From NCBI GenBank assembly GCA_951406725.2, contig OX597818.1:144398001-144462000 (forward strand): a DNA stretch of 64,000 bases, read 5' to 3'. The notes beneath the pieces were generated by a model. The model was not told the origin of the DNA. It searched no databases and saw only the letters and a program-made list of their open reading frames with translations. This document shows, in pieces, positions 39,925 through 50,779 of this stretch. The position numbers and the translations under genes were made by a program. The number at the start of each line of letters is the position of its first letter. Position 1 is the stretch's first letter. Source of the DNA: Octopus vulgaris. Lineage: Eukaryota.

Positions 39925-40262
39925 CTTTTACTTGTTTCAGTCATTTGACTGTGGCCATGTTGGAGCAACATTTTAGTCGAACAAATCGGTCACGGGACTT
40001 ATTTTTTGTAAACCTAGTACTTATTCTACATTGGAACATTTTTGCCAAACCACTAAGTTGTAAACACACCAACATCGGTTGTCAAGTGATATACGAATAT
40101 ATAAGACAGGTTTTTTGCAGTTTCCCCCTACCAAATCCACTCACAAGGCTTTGGTCGGCCCAAGCCTATAGTAAAAGACACTTGCCCAAGGTGCCACACA
40201 GTGGGACTGAACCCAGAACCATGTGGTCGGTAAGCAAGCTACTTACCACATAGCCACTCCTG
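39925..40262 (-). mobile_element. tRNA-derived SINE, family A
   Basis: Collinear with 3002-3410. Confidence 0.8.
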
Positions 40263-42040
40263 TGTCGCCTTATTTTTTTTCCTCAGTTGATGGTCAGTTC
40301 TATTGATTTCAAACAGTGAAGGAATGAAAATTATAATGTTCCTTTTTTTTCACAAGTGAATTATTGAATTAGCTGAACAAGTGAAATAATTACTTCAACG
40401 AGAAATCCAAACAAAGTTGGACTCTTGGCTCCACTGGCACCTACTGTTCTACACTAATGAGAAGCATCTACAGGATCACTCAAACTGCTAGAAATAGCAG
40501 CCAAATCTCACTGCAATCTTAAGAAAAGGAAGAAAAACATTGTACATAATGTAGTTATCATTATCATAAGCATTTTACATCTACTTTTCAATGCTGGCAT
40601 GTGTTGGACAGTGTTTGTGAGGCAGTGCTTCAAGTCCCAATATCCAACTTCTTGTCAAACCTTTTAGTCTCTTTTTCTGGTATGCAAGGATATGTGTCGG
40701 CTCCGTATTAGACTTATTAGATGGAGCCAACATTAGACTTCAACGGAACCAAGGATATGGTGTGCCTATCCTAAAACATGGAGATATATAATAAACATTG
40801 GATAATACAGTCTTAGATTTATAAAAGGAGGCAATAGTCACAGCTGGAATGGCACTGATCATAGGTCTGCTTGCTTAGAGCTGATTTGCATGGGAAGACA
40901 TTGTCATGTTTATTTTGTAGCCCTGATCATTACTGCTTCAGTTGGCATAAAAAATAGGAGCAGATAAATGATCACTAAGACCAACCCCCAAGCTCGGCAT
41001 CCGGTATATGCTATATGTACAGAATGTCCACTATATAGGCTGAAATGAAGAAGATTGTTTCACTGGTGGTCCAGCTGAGATTTATTATGAAGAATCATAT
41101 TTTTACAGGGAAACTCAACAAATATAGTCCCAAATAGGGATATTGCTTAAAGAGAACTGGATCCTTCATAGAGCCTCAGATTAAGCATGCAATGGGCATG
41201 TGGTTATTGTTTCTCTCTCCAGATCAGACCTGATCAAACAGACTTATTGATCAAGTACATTGCAGCTGTGACTGTCTTGTCTGGTCATACTGGACAATTG
41301 ATCTCAGCCATCGCTCACAAGTGAGTATAACTTGATAGCATTTATCATATTTTTGTCAATTATTTTTGCTGCCTATGTAGTCATGAGCAGACATAGTTAC
41401 CCTTTCAGTCCCCGCCATTAATCCAGCTGGAAATTGACTATATAACAGCTGCTGGTGGGGAAGAAAGGTTCGCACAAGCTCTCAGCTGGTATTTGTTTCT
41501 CAATCAAGGGCACAATGCATCACCCAGTCCAGGAATCGAACCCTGTTTAACCAACAAACTTTGTGCCCTTGTCATAGGAACTACATTGACTAATAAAATT
41601 CTTTACATTTAAAAAGAATTTGGTTGCTGCTTCTAGCAACTAAGTTCTATTGATAGGTGCACTTACTGACGATAATCAAACCATATCACAAATGAAATAA
41701 CCTAAGTTACGCTCTGGGATAATCCATTCTGCTGAATTTCGCGCGCGCGAAGACATGTGAGTCGGGATATTCGTGCCTGTGGTTAAATGAGACACGACTT
41801 TGTTGGAGTAAGCAGAGTTACCTCCCCTCAAGCACTTGTCAGGTAGTAATGCTTATGTGACGTAACACCTCCACATCATCATCATCAACGTAAGAAATGA
41901 TGTATTAAAAATCAAATGTAAAATATTTACAATTACTTTATATACGGGAGAGGGAGTGCTTCTTTAGTTAGATTAAAGGATGGAAGAAATTTTCACTCAA
42001 AAACCAACAGCCAACCATATCTGTGTGTGCGTGTGTGTGT

Positions 42041-42083
<43 letters not shown>

Positions 42084-42137
42084 CGCGCGCATACATATAT
42101 TAATAGGCCAAAGTAAGCAGACAAATATTTATGACTT

Positions 42138-42376
42138 GCAAGTAAGGCGGCGAGCTAGCAGAAACGTTAGCACGCCGGGCGAAATGCTTTGCGGTATTTC
42201 GTCTGCCGCTACGTTCTGAGTTCAAATTCCGCCGAGGTCGACTTTGCCTTTCATCCTTTCGGGGTCGATAAATTAAGTACCAGATACGCACTGGGGTCGA
42301 TATAATCGACTTAATCCGTTTGTCTGTCCTTGTTTGTCCTCTCTGTGTTTAGCCTCTTGTGGGTTGTAAAGATAAG
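42138..42376 (+). mobile_element. MetaSINE-like element with 11-bp TSD
   Basis: Central GCCTTTCATCCTTTCGGGGTCGATAAA (Meta-domain-like); B-box-like GAGTTCAAATTCC; ATTTATGACTT at 42127-42137 and 42377-42387. Confidence 0.8.
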
Positions 42377-42385
42377 ATTTATGAC

Positions 42386-42926
42386 TTAGTTAGTTAGTTA
42401 ATTTGGCTCAAAAGCAAATAGCAAGGCCATGTAGGGGGACATGGAGTTAAGTACAGGGTGGTGTTCATGTAAAGAGTTCAGGCCACTTGAGATCCAGGGA
42501 GGCTTTGAACAAAGCGGTCGTCGGCATCTTCACCATCTCGTCTGGCAGCTTGTTCCACGGATCCGCAACCCGGACGGAGAAAGCTCCTCTCCTTCGATTG
42601 AGATGAAATCGTCACAGGTAGAGCTTTTCGGAATGACCCCGCAGCCGACGCTCTGGAGCAGGAGTGAAGAACAGCTCTTTCGAGAGGTTACACTTTCCGC
42701 TTATGATGTTGTGAGCGAGAATGAGATCACCACGGCGGCGGCGTTTTTCTAGAGAATAAAGGTCGAGCGTCCTCAGCCTTTCTTCGTAGGACAAATTTTT
42801 GAGACCATGAACCATGCAGGTAGCCAGCTTCTGGACTCTTTCGAGATGCTGTATGTCTTTGAGGAGATAAGGAGAAGAGGCTTGAATCCCATACTCCAAT
42901 ATGGATACTTGCAAGTATCTGACCAT
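42386..42926 (-). mobile_element. CR1-clade LINE 3' fragment with (TAAC)n tail
   Basis: ORF 42612..42926: SPYLLKDIQHLERVQKLAT...LSYEERLRTLDLYSLEKRRRRGDLI. Confidence 0.88.
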
Positions 42927-43424
42927 CTCGTTCTTCTATACACAACATTCTCACCTCTACCTATCTGTCTGTCTATTTGATTCCTTTTATGTATCTGTCT
43001 ATCAATCCCTCTACTTAGACTTTCGTTTAAAATCTTAACTTGTCACTTGAGTTTCTGACTAAACTTTTTGAAACCATATCGTTTCATTCATTGCCTTGGT
43101 TCTCAGTTGCAACAAATTCAACCCTATACATTCTATAATTGCTATAATTATTTTATCATTTTCATTTGATAAGTACAGTAGAAAGGATAAAACTGGCTAT
43201 ATGTAAATTTAAAAGAATTTAATAGATTGAAATGAAATATTACACATTTTATTTTGTTTTTGTCTTTCAAATCTGTCTAAAAAGATTACAACAGTTCTCT
43301 TAATGTTATTGTGCATCTTAATCCATTTTTTGTTTATATAGCACAACCTATGCAGGAACCCCTAACTACTCTTCACTGTCTGTCTGTCTGTCTGTCTGTA
43401 TGTCTGTATATCTCTTCTGTTTTT

Positions 43425-43645
43425 TAATTATTATAAATCTTCCACTGAGAAGGGAGCTGGTTTCTTACAAAGATACAAGACTCCATCTTTGGGATGTAGT
43501 TAACACAGATAAATTCACATTTGGAACTTGAGAAAAGTCTTGCATATTTTTACTGTTCCACTCATAGATTGTACTTGTAATGTACGAATCAGCCAGTCAA
43601 TTTCTCTTTCTGAAAATCCCAGTTTATCCAGATTTTCCTTTAAGC
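43425..43645 (-). mobile_element. 3' end of an RLE-type (R4/NeSL-like) non-LTR retrotransposon
   Basis: ENLDKLGFSEREIDWLIRTLQVQSMSGTVKICKTFLKFQM* plus 3' UTR; a longer copy lies at 53672-54060. Confidence 0.65.
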
Positions 43646-43825
43646 ATTTTGTATGCATGTATGTATGCATGTATGTATATGTGTACGTATGTATGTACGT
43701 ATGTACATACATATATTCTTTTATTCAGTTACTTGTTTCAGTCATTTGACTGCGGCCATGCTGGAGCACTGCCTTTAGTTGAACAAATTGACCCCCAGAA
43801 CTTATATATATATAAAATGGCTAAA

Positions 43826-44262
43826 GAGCTAGAAACATCTATGCCTGGGAATTCAACAGAGGGCAGCGCTGAACAGATATGGTGTTTCTATATCTTTTTT
43901 ACCATAAGAGAGAGTTTTTCCTCCACAGTAACTGCAGTGAATTTGCCTTCATATTTTAATTGACCTAAAGTCCATTTATACATAAACACTGCTTGACGCT
44001 GATATCACCGTCATTTTCACAACCTTGATGGTCTACTGTCCAAGTTGTCAATGTATTGTTGACTATATTTTAGTTAAAGTCATGGCTTCAAGTCTGTCCA
44101 GAGATACTTCTTTTCGGTATTTCCCATTGATAATAGTTGAAGAACTAGCACCATCAATGTCTGGGAAGCTGACAGAGGGCAGTACTGTACAGATATGGTA
44201 TTTTTACACCTTTTTACCATAAGAGAGAAGTTTTTCTCCATGGTAACTGCAATGAATTTGAC
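43826..44262. repeat. Diverged ~125-bp direct repeat (43826-43955 and 44141-44262)
   Basis: Shared ...CAGAGGGCAG...CAGATATGGT...TTTTACCATAAGAGAGA...GTAACTGCA.TGAATTTG. Confidence 0.8.
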
Positions 44263-44397
44263 ACTATTTATGCATTATAAGTAGTGTATAATATTACATG
44301 AAAACCTTTTTCTCCAATTTGGCAGAGGAAATGAGAAGAACAATTAAAAATTTTTGTTGGTGTCCTGTTGATGCTTCATGTTATTATCCCATGTACC

Positions 44398-44580
44398 TAT
44401 TTCTTTAATTAAGTCAATTACATCGACTCCAGTGCGTAACTGGTACTTAATTTATAGACCCCGAAAGGATGAAAGGCAAAGTCGACCTCGGCGGAATTTG
44501 AACTCACAGCGTAACGACAGACAAAATACAGCTATGCATTTCGCCCGGCGTGCTAATGTTTCTGCCAGCTCGCTGCCTTC
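44398..44580 (-). mobile_element. MetaSINE-like element with 17-bp TSD
   Basis: Reverse-complement copy of the 42138 family; TTATTATCCCATGTACC at 44381-44397 and 44581-44597. Confidence 0.85.
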
Positions 44581-44916
44581 TTATTATCCCATGTACCACC
44601 AGACCATGTGTGTGTGTGTGTGTACGGCTGGGTAAAAGCACAACAAACCCATTCATCCATTCTCCAGAAGTGTCCTGTTGGTGTTTCGCATTTCCAATCG
44701 TGCGCAATGCAGCATGGCGCAGCAGCACGTCTCCTTTCTATGTCATTCATTTCTCAACTATATAATGCAAAATGTTCATGCAAAAACACAAACTGCTGTT
44801 GTGACTCACAGCCATTTCAGGTTGACTGCGTGACCACTTCCAGAAGCTACGCTCGCCACCTGCAATTAGTCCACCTCTGTGTTCTTCCCTCCCCCATTTA
44901 GTTGGATGAGTAAATA

Positions 44917-45401
44917 CAGGCTGTCCCAGAATTAATGATGATTTGATTGAAATTGGATGCATTTTTTTTAAAAAACCTCATTTTTATTTATGTTTATCAT
45001 GTTTAATATGTGTTAAAAGTGTATAAATTTTGATTTTGTTTATAATTTTATTTTCATTCCTTTGGACTCCTCTTATTTTTTCATGACAGCTTTTTTCCAC
45101 TTTGACAGAAATCATTTTCATTACCTCCATGCCCAAGATGGAGCAATTGTTTAGCTGAGCTTAAAGAACACATTCAGTTAGCAGTGCAGGAGCTAACTCT
45201 TGAAATGCTTCAAAGTGTGTTTCACAATGCTAGGGAGAGACTTGAAGTATGCAGGGAGACAGACATGTTGAAAATTTTCAATAAAAGTTTGACGTATGAT
45301 TTATAAATCTATTTGTTTTGGTAATAAACATAAAACTCTGTCAGTTTTTAAAAAATTTGCTCAATTTCATTGAAACAGATGGTTAATTCTGAAACACCCT
45401 G
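44917..45401 (+). mobile_element. Internally deleted Tc1/mariner-superfamily element
   Basis: TA flanks; imperfect TIRs CAGGCTGTCCCAGAATTAA / TTAATTCTGAAACACCCTG; transposase C-terminus LAELKEHIQLAVQELTLEMLQSVFHNARERLEVCRE. Confidence 0.8.
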
Positions 45402-45721
45402 TAAAGTGTGGCATTGTTAGTTGTTGCATTGCTTCAGTAAATATTAAAATCAAAGGTCTTCTTACTGTAAACATCCCATCTTTTTGTTAGGCATAGTGTA
45501 TCAAGGAGTATTTATCAAAAATGTATCTCTTCTTTATAGGTGTGGCTGTGTGGTTGAGAAGCTTGCTTTCCAACCATGTCGCCTTGGGTTCAGTCCCACT
45601 GTGTGGCATGTGGGGCAATTCTCTTTCATTACAGCTCCATGCCGACCAAAGTCTCCTACACTACATGATTGCCATTACTGTATTGATATATAAAATAACA
45701 TAAAAAAATTAATGCGCCCTT

Positions 45722-45960
45722 TTAAAGCCTAGCCAGGCTCATGGGCCCGGTTTTCCGGTTTCTATGGCGTATGTGTTCACCAGCTGGACAAGTCACCAGT
45801 CCATTGCAGTGTCGCTCATTTTTGCCAGCTGAGTGGACTGGAGCAACGTGAAATGAAGTGTCTTGCTCAAGAACACAACACGTCGCCCGGTCCAGGAATT
45901 GAAACCACAATCTTACGATCATGATGCTGACACCCTAACCACTACGCCATGCGCCTCCAC
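45722..45960 (-). mobile_element. tRNA-derived SINE, family C
   Basis: Head with A box TGGCGTAGTGG and B-box-like GGTTTCAATTCC; an older copy lies at 57900-58170 (+). Confidence 0.75.
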
Positions 45961-46183
45961 AAAAAATAGCACATACAACTCACTTATTATTGTCAAATAA
46001 TAAACAATTAGAAGTTCGGGTATGAAATTGGTCTTTTTCTACTTGAATTATTACATTGTCTTTTTCTTATAAAATACTCACGGGCAAGAGGCGTATAACA
46101 CTTTGAATGTGGCTTCTGAGAAAGAGTAAAAGTAGTTACTCGATCAGGGATGGGTATTACTGTGAGTATATATTTATATTTAA

Positions 46184-46405
46184 CACTTTAACATTCAGAT
46201 TAATTTATCAAATGTAATGCTTATTTATCTACATTTAAAAAAAAATTAATCATGTAGTATCTTGTGGCTTCAAGATTTTGAAGATGTAATTGTTTATTTC
46301 TAGAATGACATTGTAGGGTAGGTGTGAGAGGCTGAATCTGGCCAGTTTCAAAATAAAACTGGTGGAATATTTGGGCTGGATATGGCTGGTTTAAATGCTA
46401 AAGGG
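46184..46405. mobile_element. piggyBac-type MITE, third copy (opposite orientation)
   Basis: Reverse complement of the 917-1137 family. Confidence 0.65.
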
Positions 46406-47089
46406 AGATGTGTGTGTGTGTGTGTGTGTAGTCAGTTCCTCATTTCTGACTATTTCTTTTTTTGAAGACATGCCAGTAGATCAGATTTTTTAGGGTGTAT
46501 CCTGACTTGCCAGGAAATGATTCATGCAATAAAGTCGCGAAGGCATCCTCTGTACCACATGTGAAATGTGACATGCAATGGCCTGCCATCAATCCAAGTC
46601 CTGTTTGAGTAGTGCCTTCATGACCAGTCTGTCTAGTATTGCCTTCTTCCATCAGTTCAGTTGTTGAGCTCCTCACAAGCCTTCAGCTGCTTGTTCTATC
46701 ATAGGAGACATCAGCTTTTTTTTCATTTTTTTTTTTTTTTAGTTATACCTCCCTTGATCTGCTTAAATCAGGGTGATGGTATCAATTTCAGGTGTTTCCC
46801 CAAACATGACAGATCACTTAGGAGTGTTAGGATCAGTATCAGAGGAGAGGCTATACATTGCATGTCACATAGTGAAGGGTACTACCAATAATCAACCTTT
46901 GAACCTATATATAGGTTTAAAAATCTATGTCAGGAAAACACAGGCACTGTATATTTGTCAATAGAGAAGGTATATTAATATTAATACTATACATATTAAT
47001 ATTGATATAGGCTAGGCTCAACCCACATAAAAGCTAGTGTATAATTTTATTTAATGAATTTAATAACTTAATATATATATATCTTTATA

Positions 47090-47460
47090 TATTCTTTTAT
47101 ATGTTTCAGTCATTTGAATGTGGCCATGCTGGAGCACTGCCTTTAGTTGAACAAATCAACCCCAGGGCTTATTCTTTGTAAGCTTGGTACTTTTTCTATT
47201 GGTCTCTTTTGCTGAACCGCTAAGTTATGGGGACATAAACACACCAACATCGGTTGTCAAACAATGGTGGAGGGACACACAAATACATACATTTATACTT
47301 AAATACTACGAGCTTCTTTCAATTTCCATCTACCAAATCCACTCACAAGGCTTTGGTTGGTCCAAGGCTATAGCAGAAAACACTTGTCCAAGGTCCATGC
47401 TGTGGGACTGAACCTGGAACCATGTGGTTGGGAAGCAAGCTACCACCTTACCACACAGCC
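47090..47460 (-). mobile_element. tRNA-derived SINE, family A
   Basis: Collinear with 3002-3410. Confidence 0.8.
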
Positions 47461-47485
47461 ATATATACATACACACATGGGAGCA

Positions 47486-47564
47486 GCTGTTTTATCGAAA
47501 GCATATATTGTTGTTAAATGCTCAAAATACGAGAGTAGAAAAACAGCCAACAACTGATGAAGGG
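47486..47564 (+). ncRNA. Candidate rearranged hammerhead ribozyme, degenerate copy
   Basis: CATAT-A-TTGTTG (47502-47513), CTC-AAAA-TACG (47521-47531), CAACAA-CTGATGA-AGGG (47548-47564); outer helix GCTGTTTT/AAAACAGC. Confidence 0.55.
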
Positions 47565-47699
47565 TCGTTCTTTATCTTGTTTTCCATTTGTGTCTTTTGT
47601 TGTTTGAAAAAATAGTTCCTCTTCCATGTACTCGTACTTCGTATTTCTTTGTTGTACACGTTTCGTGGCATCCTGTGCCCACATATGCATATATATATA

Positions 47700-48030
47700 T
47701 AATAATTTAATAAATAAAAATATATGCATACATACATACATATATGTACGTACCTACATCTACATGTATATATACATGCATATATATATATATATATGAG
47801 TACAGGACACCACAAACAGACGTAGAACTCAACGAGAAACAAAAACATAAAAACAAACATGGAAACGGACTTTTTTTTAACAACGAAAAAACAGAGTACA
47901 AGACAAACAATACAAGGAATATTCCCCTTCATCAGCTGTCCCTGGTTCGACTCCATGCGTGTTTCGAAGTTAAGGACAGAACACGACCCGTCGAACCAGT
48001 CCTTCCTGCAAAAGAATTAAATTAAATTCC
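47700..48030 (-). mobile_element. Dispersed repeat carrying the hammerhead-like motif (probably a Penelope-type pLTR/3' end)
   Basis: Near-identical copy at 53437-53671; a related divergent element sits tail-to-tail at 47478-47700 (+). The Penelope assignment is inferred from the hammerhead association. Confidence 0.55.
47924..47999 (-). ncRNA. Candidate rearranged (non-circularly permuted) hammerhead ribozyme, intact core
   Basis: Minus strand reads CTGGTTCGAC GGGT CGTGT-T-CTGTCC TTAA CTTC-GAAA-CACG CATGGA GTCGAACCAG GGACAG-CTGATGA-A-GGGG. Confidence 0.68.
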
Positions 48031-49069
48031 TTTGCAGAGGGGTAAAAAAAAAAATATTTTTTTCTTTCCTTGTTTTTATATCAGGACCTTTGACCTTTTG
48101 TCATATATAAATAATCGTTATTATCACTGTTTTTCACATCCACATTTCCATGGGTCAGATGGAATTCTGTCAAGGTGGATTTTGTACAACCAGATGTCCT
48201 TCATGTCATCAACACTCCACTTCCAAGTAAAGTTGATTTTTTCCTATAACCAGACATGTTCTCATAGAAGATTGGGGACACAGTCTATGCAAGCATAGAT
48301 TGGACAATTCGACAGAACCCAACTGAGTTGGCAGACCAAATCTTGCTCCAATATCTCAGCTTTAACATGTTTTCTATAGCTGGTTTCCCCTCCTAATGGG
48401 ACCCACTTTACAGAATGTACTGGGTAATTTTTTTATGACATCAGCACTGTTGTGGTCACTTTGTAACTCACAAGACTAACAAGACCCCATGACTGAGAGG
48501 GAAAATAGGAAAAAGAATATTGATTTTATGCACAGTTTTCAGAAAGTGAGCTAAAGTATAATAGGAGAAACAGGTTTAATGTTGTGAGAGGGTGGAGAAA
48601 CTGATCGAGGCTGTACTAAGAAATGGATTAGTAGAATATAAATAGAAATTAGTGTTATTAGGGTATGAGTTAATGAAAGAGTAGGGTGGATTGAATAGAG
48701 GGGTATACTTACATTTAGAAACACACACACATGCATGCAAGCATGCACGCATGCACATACGCACACACACACAGATATACAGACTCTACTTTCAAATATC
48801 TGATGAAATGGACGTGTCCAACAAGCTCACTAATTAAGTCATATGGAGCTGAATCAAACTGTAATTAAATACAAGTGGCTCCAACCAAAGTGTTGAGTGC
48901 TTCGTTGTTTCATTTACTCACTTATATACAAATAAATAATATATTTATCTATTCCTGTGCACAGTCTGTGTGTGCGTGCGTGAGCATTCAAGTGTGTCTC
49001 TAAACACTTGACTGCGAAGAATTAAGTATGGACAAGAAGACAAAACAGAATACTTCACATGAAAGGTTG

Positions 49070-49450
49070 AAGCACTCCGTCAGTTACGATGTCGAGGGTT
49101 CCGGTTGATCCGAATGAACGGAACAGCCTGCTCGTGAAATTAACGTGTAAGTGGCTGAGCACTCCACAGACACGTGTACCCTTAACGTAGTTCTCGGGGA
49201 TATTCAGCGTGACACAGAGAGTGACAAGGCCGGCCCTTTGAAATACAGGTACAACAGAAACAGGAAGAAAGAGTGAGAGAAAGTTGTGGTGAAAGAGTAC
49301 AGCAGGGATCACCACCATCCCCTGCCGGAGCCTCGTGGAGCTTTAGGTGTTTTCGCTCAATAAACACTCACAACGCCCGGTCTGGGAATCGAAACTGCGA
49401 TCCTACGACCGTGATTCCGCTGCCCTAACCACTGGGCCATTGCGCCTCCA
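49070..49450 (-). mobile_element. tRNA-derived SINE, family B (CpG-rich, young-looking)
   Basis: Head with A box TGGCCCAGTGG and B-box-like GTTTCGATTCC; 3' part shared with 3450-3620. Confidence 0.8.
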
Positions 49451-49825
49451 ATATGAAAGGAAGGGTGTCAAAATGTAACGTGTTTATTAAGCTGGAATTT
49501 CAAATTCCATAACTTTGAGTTTTACATCTCTGTTTCTCAACTGATGATTTCTAAGAGAATTTTACTAATCAGTTGTGGCAAAACCTTGAAGTCACTGTCA
49601 GCTTTAGAACTAAAACATTTTGTGTCTACCCTTTTTATAATGAACCCTTCTTGAGTACATTAAAGCTGTTTCTCTCATTATACTTGAGCTCATTTTCTGA
49701 AAACTGCAATAAATCAATACTCTCTTTCCTATTCTCCCTCTCAGTCATGGGGTCTTTTTAGTCTTGTGAGTTACAAAGTGACCGCAACAATGCTGATGTC
49801 ATAAAAAATTAGAACATTAATATAA

Positions 49826-50475
49826 TATACATACATACAATCATACATACATACATACTTACATACATACATACATACATACGTACATACATACATACAT
49901 ACATACATACATACAATCATACATACATACATTCATACATACATACATACACATACATGCATACATACATAAATACATACATACATACATACATACATAC
50001 ATACATTCATACATACATTCATACATACATACATACATACGTACATACATACATACATACATACATACATACATACATACATACATACATACATACATAC
50101 ATACATACATACATACATACATACATACATACATACATACATACATACATACATACATACATACATACATACATACATACATACATACATACATACATAC
50201 ATACATACATACATACACATACATACATACATACATTCATACATAAATACATACATACATACATACATACATTCATACATAAATACATAAATACATACAT
50301 ACATACATACATACATACATACATACATACATACATACATACATACATACATACATACATACATCATACATAAATACATACATACATACATACATACATA
50401 AATACATACATACATACATACATACATACATGCATGCATGCATACATACATACATTCATGCATGCATGCATGCAT
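49826..50475. repeat. Long (ACAT)n microsatellite (~650 bp)
   Basis: Direct reading of the sequence. Confidence 0.97.
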
Positions 50476-50541
50476 TGTGTGTGTATGTGTGAATAAATAG
50501 ATAAATGATAGGAAATGGAATGAACAACATTCTTTATTTTA

Positions 50542-50648
50542 AATCACTACAATTGTTTCAATATGTTTTCACACCTTACTACACTGTGGAGATGTTGTGT
50601 AATCTTTATCATGTATCAAAGGTCTAAAACACACCTCCTCAAGTGACT
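50542..50648 (-). ncRNA. Degenerate type I minimal hammerhead-like motif with palindromic helix III
   Basis: AGTCAC-TTGAGGA-GGTGTGTTTT...AAAACATATT-GAA-ACAATTGT-A-GTGATT; C3 is changed to T. Confidence 0.45.
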
Positions 50649-50779
50649 GTTTAAAAGTAAGTCCTTAATTAAACCCAACTGTCATTTAACTCAGTGTAAG
50701 AATGCACACCCAAAGAAGTGTTTCATTTTCAACAGTTTATCAACAAAACTAAATTAACAAACAAAATACAATGATAATC

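Noticed and set aside
46440-46880. Possible NeSL/R2-like retroelement remnant on the minus strand (TQTGLGL, CLGK-like bits)
   Set aside because: Too degenerate to support by eye; needs a translated HMM search.
48795-48830. CTGATGA followed by a small GGAC/GTCC hairpin
   Set aside because: No GAAA strand or helix III partner found; probably a chance 7-mer.
49370-49450. tRNA-like sequences at SINE heads (also 3340-3410 and 45890-45960)
   Set aside because: A/B boxes are present but I could not build a complete cloverleaf, and they run into multi-copy SINE bodies.
49859-50475. Long MYVC/HTYI ORFs (also at 39222-40253, 59104-59515 and 62410-62843)
   Set aside because: They are translations of (ACAT)n and related microsatellites, not genes.
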